A DNA stretch of 64,000 nt from Antedon mediterranea (taxonomy: Eukaryota > Animalia > Echinodermata): NCBI RefSeq assembly GCF_964355755.1, contig NC_092675.1, positions 27,748,912 through 27,812,911 of the forward strand, in the 5' to 3' direction. The translations under genes were made by a program, and so were the position numbers. Positions 12,267 to 24,200 of this stretch are shown here, one piece after another. Each line of letters starts with the position of its first letter. The first letter of the stretch is position 1. Under the pieces are notes generated by a model that was not told the DNA's origin, did no database searches, and was given only the letters and a program-made list of their open reading frames with translations.

Positions 12267-13029
12267 TGCATTACCAAAACACATGTTCTTTTTGATAGAC
12301 AAAACTGACAGCGTGTAAACACTTTGTTCCGTTCAATAGATAGGCCCTGTTCACAGATAAATATATATATAAGAAAAAAAAAAGATAATTAGGCCTAATT
12401 AACGTAATTATCCTTATTTAATGTGTTTATTTGAAAGCAATACAATAAAAAGTATAAAAGAAAATCAAAGTGATATTGCTATTAATATGACGTAATATTG
12501 ATTAAAGCTAGGCCTACGTTGGGTCTGTAAATCATATTTGGAAGATATTTTGGCTAGCTGTAACCGAATAGTTTTTTCGACAGTTCAGGTCATCTTCTTT
12601 TAAACGAAACAAAAATAACTTTAGGAAAAGTACACATTTACTACGTAAATTTACGTAGGGCCTATTTAATAAATGTACTACTGTACTAGGGTTTGCACAT
12701 TATGAAATTTAAGAGTAAATTCATGTAAATTAAAAGTATGAAAACATCTACTTTACGTTTTGATAATGAGTAATACATAATATTGAAAATATTTCAATGA
12801 GTTTATCCTCCAGTAATGCCTATTGTTAATTGTACATATTTACACTTTTTGTTGTTTTTAAAATTGTTTAAAAAATGTATATAACTGTGTTTTATGTATT
12901 CGTTTACAGATGTTTTGTCATTAAAATTAATTAGTTTGATACCGTAATTGTTGTATTCGTTATTTAGCTACGATACATCTTGTTGACCAGTTCAATATGT
13001 TAATTAACATATGATAACTTTGGTATTAG

Positions 13030-13072
13030 CATAGAGATATTATTATTACATTATATTACTAGGTTATCTCTG
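13030..13072. mobile_element. 43-bp micro-element with 7-bp TSD GTATTAG
   Basis: gtattag|catagagata...tatctctg|gtattag. Confidence 0.6.
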
Positions 13073-13413
13073 GTATTAGCTATTAAGATAAGTTTATAGT
13101 ACTATATTTATATATTTATGTATTTGAGAAAATCATAAGGTACTATTAACATTACTAGAAAAACCACTAGAAACGATCAAAGTAATATGTGTATACGTTG
13201 ACTATCTAGTTAATTAGATACTCGTTTTTTGAGAAAACACAATTACCGAAATTATTTTTTAACAAGCCATTTGTTTGTATCCACCCAAGAAGTTGTCCTC
13301 AATCAATTAGTCACTATTGGCGTTCCATAACCTCCTAAAATGTGTATTAGAGTTTTATGAGAGCTGTGTTGTTATACGCTCACTATCGTATATTATAAGC
13401 TATAGATTGTTAT

Positions 13414-13823
13414 CAAAGAACTTATAACACAAGAATCTCCTGTTCGTCCGAAGCGCGTAACAATTTCGAAAGGCATTGTGGGATAGAATAGAGCTAATGG
13501 GTGGCGCCATTGTGAGCCATGGAGTAGGGCGCCCGCATCAAATTAGAAAGTCAAAATCATAGAGGGGATCTGCTAATACTCTAGGGGGGATAGAGTAATT
13601 GACTGAGGATTAGGGCGCCTGCATCAAGTTAGAAAGTCAAAATCATAGAGGGGATCTGCTAATACTCTAGGTGGATAGAGTAATTGACTTCCTAGTTTGG
13701 AGGGGGCGCTGCTCCATGCTGTGAAATGGCGTCGCCCAGTTTGACCTTTTAACCCTGTACTTCCGATACTGTGTTTTGAATGCAAATTGAAGAACAGGAG
13801 ATTCTTGTGTTATAAGTTCTTTG
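13414..13823. mobile_element. 410-bp MITE with 32-bp perfect TIRs (CAAAG... termini; P-element-like), internal ~90-bp tandem duplication
   Basis: caaagaacttataacacaagaatctcctgttc / gaacaggagattcttgtgttataagttctttg; flanks ttgttat / atgttat (6/7 TSD). Confidence 0.82.
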
Positions 13824-14593
13824 ATGTTATTACAAAAATTAAAAAGGTTATACTTTTCGGACTCAAATGTTATTGTAGCCTACAGGAGGAGGAATGGACG
13901 GATAGATGTTTATAAAAACACTAATGATAGATTTTTAGTTCTATGGTGTATTGAAATTGAAAACAAAATAGGCCTAAGCGCAGAGTATAATGGAATAATG
14001 TAATAATTTAACAGACAATGAAAGGTTTACAATTTCAAAATTTTATTATTTTTTTCAAAATCTGCTTGACAGGTTGGTTAGGATTCTGAAATAGTACTAC
14101 ATATATACTGTACATTATTAAATCATTTCTTGATAATGCCTGATAGTTAGAAATATCTATGAAGTTAAATGAATGTAACGATTAATAAAGAACAATAGTG
14201 GAGCCTACACAGTTCACTGGTATCAATATAGGGCTATCATTTACGGAATCTCTAATTTTCCCCTAAAAAATAAATATGACTATATAATAAGATAAAAATA
14301 ATATAATACTGTAAATAGTATCTTTTTCCATTATAAACATTCAGTTCATTTGAAGAAGATAGAGATGATTCAAAGTCTTTTGCTTTGGTTAGATAGAAAA
14401 AATGGTATTATCCAGTTCAGTATACCGACGTTGTGCCCACATATTGTGTTATGCCTGTCAAATGTCTCCATTATTATGTTTTAATTTCATACCTGAATAA
14501 AACACTAGAAAAATGCACCTGTCGCTGGATACATTTTAACTGACTATCGCAAGTCATTTAGAAATATGTCCAGACATATTGTCATTCAGATGT

Positions 14594-15272
14594 TTAAACA
14601 GTGGTTACGATCTCAGTTTGCTGTTCAAGTCCTTCCCTTATTTCAATCGTTGGGGCTTCTTGGCCTACTGGAGAATGACGTATTTTTTGTTTTACTTCTG
14701 CTTTTCCGTCAGCATTGCTATCTAGTGATTCCTGAAAATTGTAAAAAAAAGGTATGAATTATCTAGCGTGAGCTTTAAATGCAAAGTTGTTCCTGTAAAC
14801 AGGTTTAAATTAAAGACAACATTAATGCCCTCCTCTTACTTACAAATTTTATTCGTAGGCCTCTTCTCTTCTTTGGTATCTCTGCTTTAACATTAGGTTT
14901 ATTTGTTGCCAACAGTTGTGCGTTTTCATTGTCTGGCATATTTACCATTACATGCTTAATGGGTGAACTTGACCCATCATCACTGCTAGGACCCTTTTCT
15001 GTTGATGAATCATCTATAGGCCTAAACTTCTGCCTCCGAATCGGTCGTCTTCCCCTGAAATCATCGCTTTTACTTGAATACGATTCAGACGGATCAGGCT
15101 CTGAACTGCTACCCACACCTGGTGGAACATAGCGCCGGTATATACTGTATTTTGATGAACGAGCCAATTTTGGAGATTTGGCGTTAATTTTAGTAAGAGA
15201 CATACGGTGATCTTTTATTGCACGGGAAACTTCAGCGTTCATCATACAGAAAAACATAAAAAAGAACGCACC
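14594..15272 (-). CDS. aGPCR end of TM7 and cytoplasmic tail (exons 15272-14844, 14731-14594)
   Basis: GAFFFMFFCMMNAEV..., Ser-rich tail, terminal EIVTTV* (class I PDZ ligand). Confidence 0.85.
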
Positions 15273-18200
15273 CTAGAAAAAGAATACGGTAAAACTTTAT
15301 TATAATAAAATAAAGTAATGGTACAACACGACAATGTATTCTGTACAATAATGTATTCTGTTGAGTTCCTTTTTCGTATAAAATATTTCAAATCATGTAC
15401 TCTTTAATGTTATTTTAAAGACCAAATTGTACGTGACGGTTTTGTTCATCACGATGTTTGTACATCTATGGAACGTGTTTTTCATCTATTGCCTATACGA
15501 TGTTGTTTTTGTTTGCATAATGTTTTATACTGTAGTTTTGTAGCGAAAACAAATAGGCCTTGACTATTTCTGTTTGAGGAAATTCATTGTTATTTTAATT
15601 GGAAATTCAAATTTATTTACCTGTAAAATATCAAACATAGCGAACAGTATTTGTACAACAAGTCCATAAATCTGCAGACTACATAATGCAAAGCCCCATG
15701 CAATAACCATTAACGTTATTTGTACCCAGCATCCTTTGCAATGGTTCCTGAAAAAGAATTAAATTAATATTTGCTAAATTGTATTTTATACGAACAAACA
15801 ATTTTGATGAAGATGAATTTATGTCATAATTTTAGCTTTTAATTTCAAACAACAATATATAATTTTTTCAATATAATAATATTATCTCACTTATTTAAAT
15901 GAGATAGAATACGATGGCAACGCTTTATCAGTTCTTTGTTATCCGTGTCCGCCGTAGGTATGTGTAATAATAAAGTCAATTGCTATTTTTTATTATCATA
16001 ATTCGTAAAATTATTTCCGTTAGCTATCATGATAATAATAATAAATATTATGGAGTATTAATTCTAACAATACAAACAGCAGTCAGTTTAAAGGGTTTTA
16101 CAGCGAGTAATGGTTAGTTTTGAATAACAATAACATCGTGAAATGATAAAGTATATTTTACCAAACATTCTTATTTTCCTCCCTATCTTTTGAATAAGCA
16201 CTTTCCATAATATCTCGACCAGTGTATATAAGTACAACTGTTGTGATCTGAAAAATCAAATCTTATTGTTAGAATCATTACATTGAATAAAAAAAATAAT
16301 CTAGGCAGAATAAAAACAATAGCCCGAATTTATGAGTTACATTTAGTGTTTTTAACTTATGCAAGTTAATCTTGTTTACTGCTTGAGTTAGTCTTGTTAA
16401 CTCATGTAAGTTAGTCTTGTCTATTGCTTGAGTTAGTCTTGTTTGCTCTTGTAAACGAGTCTTGTTAACTCATGTAAGTTAGTCTTGTTCACTGTTTGAG
16501 TTAGTCTTGTTTGCTCATGTAAGCGAGTCTTGTTAACTCATGTAAGTTAGTCTTGTCTATTGCTTGAGTTACGCCCGTATTCTTAAACCGGACTTTAGTC
16601 GTAGTTCGAAGTTCGACTTGAAAAAGTCGTAGTTCGAGCTATTACTTCAAATTCGATTAAAAAACGAAGTAGTCGAAGTTTGCAGTTCGACTTAATGAAG
16701 TCGAGCTTTTAGTCGAGTTGCACACGTCTGGGTAACAAAGGCTATACATTGGCCAATGACAAGAGAGTATTTGAGGAGCAGACGAAATTTTGCGCATTGT
16801 TATCACTTTCCATTTCTTACAACACTTTTTACGCATCAGGACTATATACATGAAAAATAATTTTAATCGTTAATTATTAGAACAATATAGATCTAATTAT
16901 TTACATGTTGTAATGTATTGGTATACATGCTGTACGTAACGATTCTTAACAATGAAATAAATATCATTCAAGATTTCCACGAATTTAAATAACAACAACT
17001 TGAATGTCATCATTTGTTGTCATGGCAATGAGACACTTGGTTAATAACAAACCTTGACGTTGGATAGCAATCTATTTTTATAGTTCATTTTAATTTTCAA
17101 TAATGAGAAGAAAGCTAATTTATGATTATACAAAAAAAATAAGGTAAATATAAAATGGACATTTAAATTAAGGTACTGTATAGAGCCACACTATGTGTTG
17201 CTTCTACGTCGCCGTCCTACTATCTTTAAGCTTGGTTCCCACTAGCGACGCAACGTAACGCAATATACGCAACGTAAGAAAATTTCATTTTCATTTCATT
17301 TCATTTATTTATTTCACTTTACAAATATATAAATATAAAGTGGAGGAGCCTAAAAGAAAGCAAAGCTTGTGGTGAATAAAAAACAAATAAAATATAAATA
17401 ATATAACACAATTAGAAACTCCAAAAAAACAACAATTAAACTAATATCTTTTCTCTAACACATAAGTTTAACATGTTTAAAACTAGAAAAACAAGTAAAA
17501 AAATAGATTATATAAATTATTTAAGAAATATCAAATATATCAATAATAAAAGAATTTACAAAGAACCTTCAACCAATAATAGTTTAAATTGACGTTTAAA
17601 TAAAGCACAGTTATGAGATTTTTTAAGAGATAAAGGAAGAGAATTCCAGAGTTTAGGTCCAGTATATACAAGGGTATTCATTTTAAGTCTAGTTCGAGTA
17701 AATGGCAGGTGATACTGATCTTTTTGTCTTGTTTGGTGAATGTGGTATTGTTTATTTTGTGTGAATTTACTGGATATTATAGGTGGTAAGTGTCCGGCGG
17801 TTAATTGAAACATGATGACACCAACATTAAATCTTAAAATGTAAGTTAGTCTTGTTTACTGTTGAGTTAGTATTGTTTGCTCATGTAAGTTAGTCTTGTC
17901 AACTCATGTACGTTATTCTTGTTTACTTTGAGTTAGTCTTGTTCGCTCAGGTCAGTCTTGTCACTAACTCATGTAAGTTAGTATTATATAGGCCTAACTC
18001 TATAACTTTGTATATATACATTAAACAGCTTTTGAAATGAAAATGATCTTTCATGTTAACTTGTTGCTAATACTGAAGCGATTTTCAGATTGCAGATTTT
18101 TTTTTCAAATAGTCAATTTTATTTTTTTAACCAAGGCATTTACTACAATTATTAATATTAAATACATTATTTTCTGACAATACGGTTACTGACTGACGTA

Positions 18201-21200
18201 AGAATAATTATAATTGATACCAGCCAAATTACAACATTAATATGTTACGGTATGTATTGTATGAAAATCACTTTTTAGCTTTTGCTCACTTTGATGAAAT
18301 TGCAATTTAGTAACCTTAATGGCGGATATTAACTAATTTCATTGGTAATTATAGTTTATGAAATGCGGGAGTAGAATCAGGGTAATATGTATCGTTACGA
18401 TTTATTCTTTACTTATTATTAGTACCATCATGTTAGTACAATGGGGAGAATGTGATTTGAGAATGTTGATTTTTCAAAACACTCTTTAAAACCAATCTTT
18501 TTTCTTTGTAATTTCTTTCTGTTTTTTCCCTCAGCGCTTTGGGACAATCTTTTGATTGTATAAGCGCTTCATAAATGGAACAACATTACATTGAAAGACG
18601 ACATGCTCCAATAGTTAGGCGGGTGTATAACATATAACCACTGTTTATATTACTTGTCATGTACCAGTGTGATGTAAATCTTTCTCAATTAATGAAGATG
18701 TAATTAAAACGTCGACTTGTCTTTTTTTTATTGTTAGTACAGCATTTCCAAGGCACGTTTAGATTGCCTAGTCCATACCAACATTACCAGTGGATCATCA
18801 CTATTTTTGTCTGAAACTAGTACCTCAAGTATAGGTATGACACGCCATGTGTGTCAAAATGTTTATCTCTTTACCAATATTAAGCCGAAACCCCGCCTAA
18901 GAACCCAGACTAGTAAAAATGTAACGTAAAATATATCGTCCACTTTTATGTAAACACCATTGATTGATTGCTTACTTACCGCCCATACTCCACATGCCGG
19001 GCCTATCAGCAGCCATACATGTTGGTTATTTACAAAACATCTATAAAAAACGAACATTTTGATTAGGTGAAATATTTGTTATACTGTATATAACATTGAA
19101 TAATATACTTTTTCATATTCATTTACAGTATGTTTAATTCCATGTTTTAAAGCTAGCTTATTCATACCATTTGGAACATCTCAATAACACGGAAAAAACG
19201 AAAACTATATGTCTACAGTATTCAGCTTTGTTTTTTTTGCAATACAAAACCAAATTTAAATAATTGAAAATTAAACAAACTAACTTACACCTCTTCACTA
19301 AAATAGTCATTACCCCAGTTAGAACCAAGAAAAGCACCGACAAGAACAGCTGGAAAACCTGTAAAATACAAGTAAGTTAATAATTAATAATTAATTCAAA
19401 TGATATAAAGATAATAATCTGTGATGTACCGTAACACAAACAAAATGTAAAGATTGAAAATTTAAATCATTTTTCTAAGCCGATTATTAACTTCATTATT
19501 AAGTGGAGTATTAAGTCTACACTATTAAACGTTATGTAATAAGCCCATATATGGACATGATGATGTCATTTCACTACCATATTTGGGCATACCACTACCA
19601 TATTTGGGTATTTGTTTTCTCAAAAAGCTTTACATCTTACCCCATCCTATAATATAGTATCTTAACATTGGCCGTTGCTGTTGTGTATCTGCGTGAATTG
19701 AGTTGATAACTTCTACGTAAAGATTAAACGCTTCATTGCATATCCAACAAAACGTAGCTATGAAGAAGTAATGATTCGCAACGGAAACTATTTGGCAAAT
19801 TATCTGGAAAAAAAATAATACCACTAAATAATACTTGATGATCATTGATGATATTGAAAAATTCAATGAATAAATTAAACAGATAATTACGTACGTCGAC
19901 GTTATTATTTTATCCATAAATAAAAAAATATTTTTTATTCAAACAAATGTTTTTAGTGCAATTAATTACAAAACTATTATACTTAAAGGTTTGAGTTTGT
20001 TTCTGTACTACGATATCTCAAAATGTGTGGAAGTTCAGGTACGCCCTCTATAGTGTGATGTCACGACCAGCGTGTCTGTTTTATTTTTTTCTGGTTTATT
20101 AATTATTTACCTCAACTTCCTTACGAGTTACTCCAACTAAGAAGACAAAATGCAGAAGAAACATCGAAACTGCTAGATTTCTATGAACTGCTACAGTATC
20201 CGTGTTGCACCTGAAAAACATTTCACAAAGAGATTGCTAAAATGTATTAATTAAAATATTAATAGGCCTATATTTTCTGATTAGGTTTTTAAAAATTGTA
20301 ATGTTGGACTAAGCGATATATTTAAACGGCTTTTGAAAGATACTTCGGGATTAAACATATTATACAAACAAATGCTGTTGCGGGAGTGAAAATATCGACG
20401 TCAAAAATACCCTAAGCACCGACAAATGTTTTACATACCAACTATCTCTTTAATTATTATTTTTTCAGCATTACTAAAATATGTTTAGAATACAAAGACA
20501 AGCCACTTTGGCTTCTGTGTATCTAACCCATAAAACTGTTAAATGTTGAATAAATGTTGTTAAATAAAAAAATAAAAAAAATGTAACACACCGCCGCCTA
20601 TCGATATGTCTTATTACAAAAATGTTGAGGGCGATACAACTTTATCGTATTTATCTATTTTTATGCGATTTGCTTGCCCCTTGGACTCTAATCTGAAGTA
20701 TCAAATGGTATATAATTCGGTGGTCTCTCTTTTGGCAATAAACAAAGGACATATACAATATCTAATATAAATTATATAAAAATAAAAACAAGCTCACCTA
20801 AGGTAGACATATAGCACCAATGATGTTAAACATAAAGTAAGATTGACTAGGATTCCAATGTAAGCTGCTGCCGTGAATGTGAAGCGTGGATCTGCCGGCG
20901 AACGCCACTAAAGATGCACAATAAAAATAATGTTCTATTTTGTATAATGTTTAAGCAAATTAATAATGAATAAAATGTAGTGATACTGAAGAAAGATGAA
21001 GAAGATGATGATGAATGATGATGATGATAATTATGATGATGATGATAATGATGATGATGATACTGATGGTGAAGATGACGAAAAAGATGATAATGTAACA
21101 GAAACATTATATTTGGAATACGTACGTTGACATCGTACATATCTGTTGTGATGGCGTATATTCCAGGTTTCATACATTTACACTTAGCGCCATAATTGCT

Positions 21201-24200
21201 TGGAGAAACGTCACAATCAGGTCGAACAACCCACTTCCAATTTTCTACCCTGTTAAATAAAAACACGTATAAAAACATTACTACTATAATGCAGCTAGTA
21301 ATCAGCGTAAAGTTGTGGCATGTAGGTTACCCATTTGTACACCTTGGTGGAGAGGCAAACGTAAGTACAGCGGCTTGCCTAAGGATACAAGCAATGCAAC
21401 ATACCCTTACAGATAAGTGAATCAGTTATAAGTTCCAACTTGGTTTTAACATTAAGAATGAATATAGACATTTGACTTGATAATAGTAAAAGCATACCGA
21501 AATCAATGAAGGTAATTAAGGATAAGAGTTTGTGTGCTTTGAGCAGAGATTGTAAACAAGCGAAAAGACGCTTGTTAGAGTGCAAAGAGAAGGTTTTCCA
21601 TTCCTTTCATTAAAACGACCAATTTATGATTAACAAGGTTCAGGCAGGTACAGTTCCGCATGCGCTTCTGAGTAGTTAAAACAGATGTAGTCTTACCCTT
21701 CACTATCATCCAATGAAACACAAGCTGGGTTTGAAACATTGAAATCCTAGAAAGTATAATATAATATAATTTAAAAAAAAACACTTCTGCTCATAACAGT
21801 AAATCCGGACAGTGAAAAATACTGAATATGTACAAATATATCGATATCAATATCTGATCAGAACAATTAACATTTCTGTTTTAAAATCAATGTAAAACAA
21901 CTCATAATTATGTTAATATTCTGAAGTATTTAATTTGAATCTTACAGAAACCCAAATGGTTTTAGTTCGGTATTCAACGTCATGTTCTTAAAGATGTATT
22001 GTCCCTTTGACTAATTCAAAAAAAATAAAAAATAACAGATTTCGAAAAAAGGTGGGTCATTTTGAAGTATCATAATAGTTATTAACTATCACCAAAAATT
22101 TGTCGAAAAAACAAATCTTTTAAATGAAATATAGACGTTTTTTGGTAAAAAAATAACTTTGACTTCCAGTCAAAGTTTTCGATCAAAACATATCCCATAA
22201 TGAAATGCGCTTGTTTGGCTACTCTGTATGCATAATCATAAAACTTCCTCACGATCTGTGTGAGAAAACCTTCTCAACCTTTACCAGTTGTAAACAATCC
22301 TAATTAGCATATGCATAATGCGTACTCGTGGTTTTAAATCTTTGTTTACTTTCGCTCGCGAAGATTTTCCAGACGAAATGTAATCAAACTAATTTACCTG
22401 TTAATTACGTAAACTTGTTGCTTTTGGCTTGAATTTTCGACTTAAAGTGAATAACTTTAATATTACTTTGATATGGCCAATTTAAATTTAGAATATTTTG
22501 ACCTTCATTTTTTTGTGTTTCAAGGGAAAGCATTTCTTTTTACCTCAACATATTGCATGCTTAATTCAATAGGTACTGACATGTTGACTGCATCCATCCG
22601 ACCTGTATTAGTGTAAAATCGTTGAGAAAGAATTACAGTATTGATGTTATCCTCCTTATGCGCATGCTCTCTAGCCATATCTCGATAATGCGTAACAATT
22701 ATAGGTCTGGAAATAAAGCAAAACTATATTATAACATAATTTACTAATAAAGTACGATAAGTAAAAAATAGTACGGCTTTAGTGCGCGTGCGTCAGTTTG
22801 TTTCACTTATTTTACACCACGACTGTCAAATTTCTCTTATGAAAAGTATTACATGTTTAGCTTCAACTACGTTTGTCATTTTGATGATGCCGTGGGCGTT
22901 AGTGAAGATTCTTTATTACTAAACTTACTCGGGATGATTAGGTAACAACATCGCAAATGGGTTACTGTATCTCGTAACTGACAAAACGCACATTTCTGAG
23001 AAGAGAATTAAATCACAGGCTTAATATTTTGTATACTAGATATCTTTCAAGTCATTAAAATATCATCTTTGAATAAACAAAGCAATACAACTTTTTAACA
23101 AGACGTAAGTGGAAAATGTATAGGGACAGAAACTGATTTTGACGAGTCTTGTCAATATCATAGCAAATAATTCTACAAGATGTAAGTGGAAAATGTATAG
23201 GGACAGAAACTGATTTTGACGAGTCTTGTCAATATCATAGCAAATAATTCTACAAGATGTAAGTGGAAAACTTAAAGGGACAGAAATGGTTTTCTAGTTT
23301 TGCAAATGTTATAGAATTATTCAACAAATGGAAAACGTAAAGTAAAGAAATGTTCTTTTTTTTTATTCTTTTCCTATAAATACCAATGTCACTCTCCTTA
23401 AAATTATTGTTATACACTACTTTATTAAATAATAAACTTAAGCTACCTGATTCATTATTGGTCCAATTCGTAAAAAAATTCGAAGGAAAGGCAGCACAGC
23501 CTTTGTCATCTGTTGTTGGGAACTTAAATCCTCTGAAGTTTTGGACCGTTTCTACTGAGATATGAAGAGCTGAGAAAAAATAATACACATACCGTTAGGA
23601 GAATGATACTTAGAAAGTGTTGGTTATCAGTTTCCGTAATAAGAGAGAAGCAATATTGCCCGGATATAGACATTATTATAAATGGTACTTACCAAAATCA
23701 GTTTCTATTACTGTAATTTAAGGAGGGTGAAAAGCAATTTGCCGGAATATGGATGAATTATAAAATGTAATTACCAATATTTTCTTCTATAATCCGAATC
23801 ATTTCTTCTTTTTTTGTTAGGTTACTGGCAGCAATATTAGATAGCAGATTCGACGCCCATAGATCTTGTAAATTATCAACCACGTGTATTACCTGTAAGG
23901 CCAGTGTACCACGTGGCATCGTGACGTCCCATGCCCTACCACGTGATGAATCTATAATCTGACTTACAATTTTAACCGCTGTCTGGAAATCAGATTTAAA
24001 CATATACCTTTAAAACGATATTGGTTAATCATAATGCATCGGTGTTAAAAAGACAAAAACATCTCCCGGTTGCTTTAGTCCACTCTTTAGAAAGCATTTC
24101 AATAATTTGTGTCTTTAATCCTACACCATCTTTCGATAATGATAATATAATTAAACTTACACGGGCAAATTCATTAACTTCGTCATATGACAGTTGATAG

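Noticed and set aside
16355-16570. CRISPR-like appearance of short regular repeats
   Set aside because: No unique spacers, no cas genes, eukaryotic intron context.
20847-21125. Poly-His/Ser extension of ORF 20847..21278
   Set aside because: Intronic (GAT)n microsatellite; only 21249-21126 of that ORF is exon.
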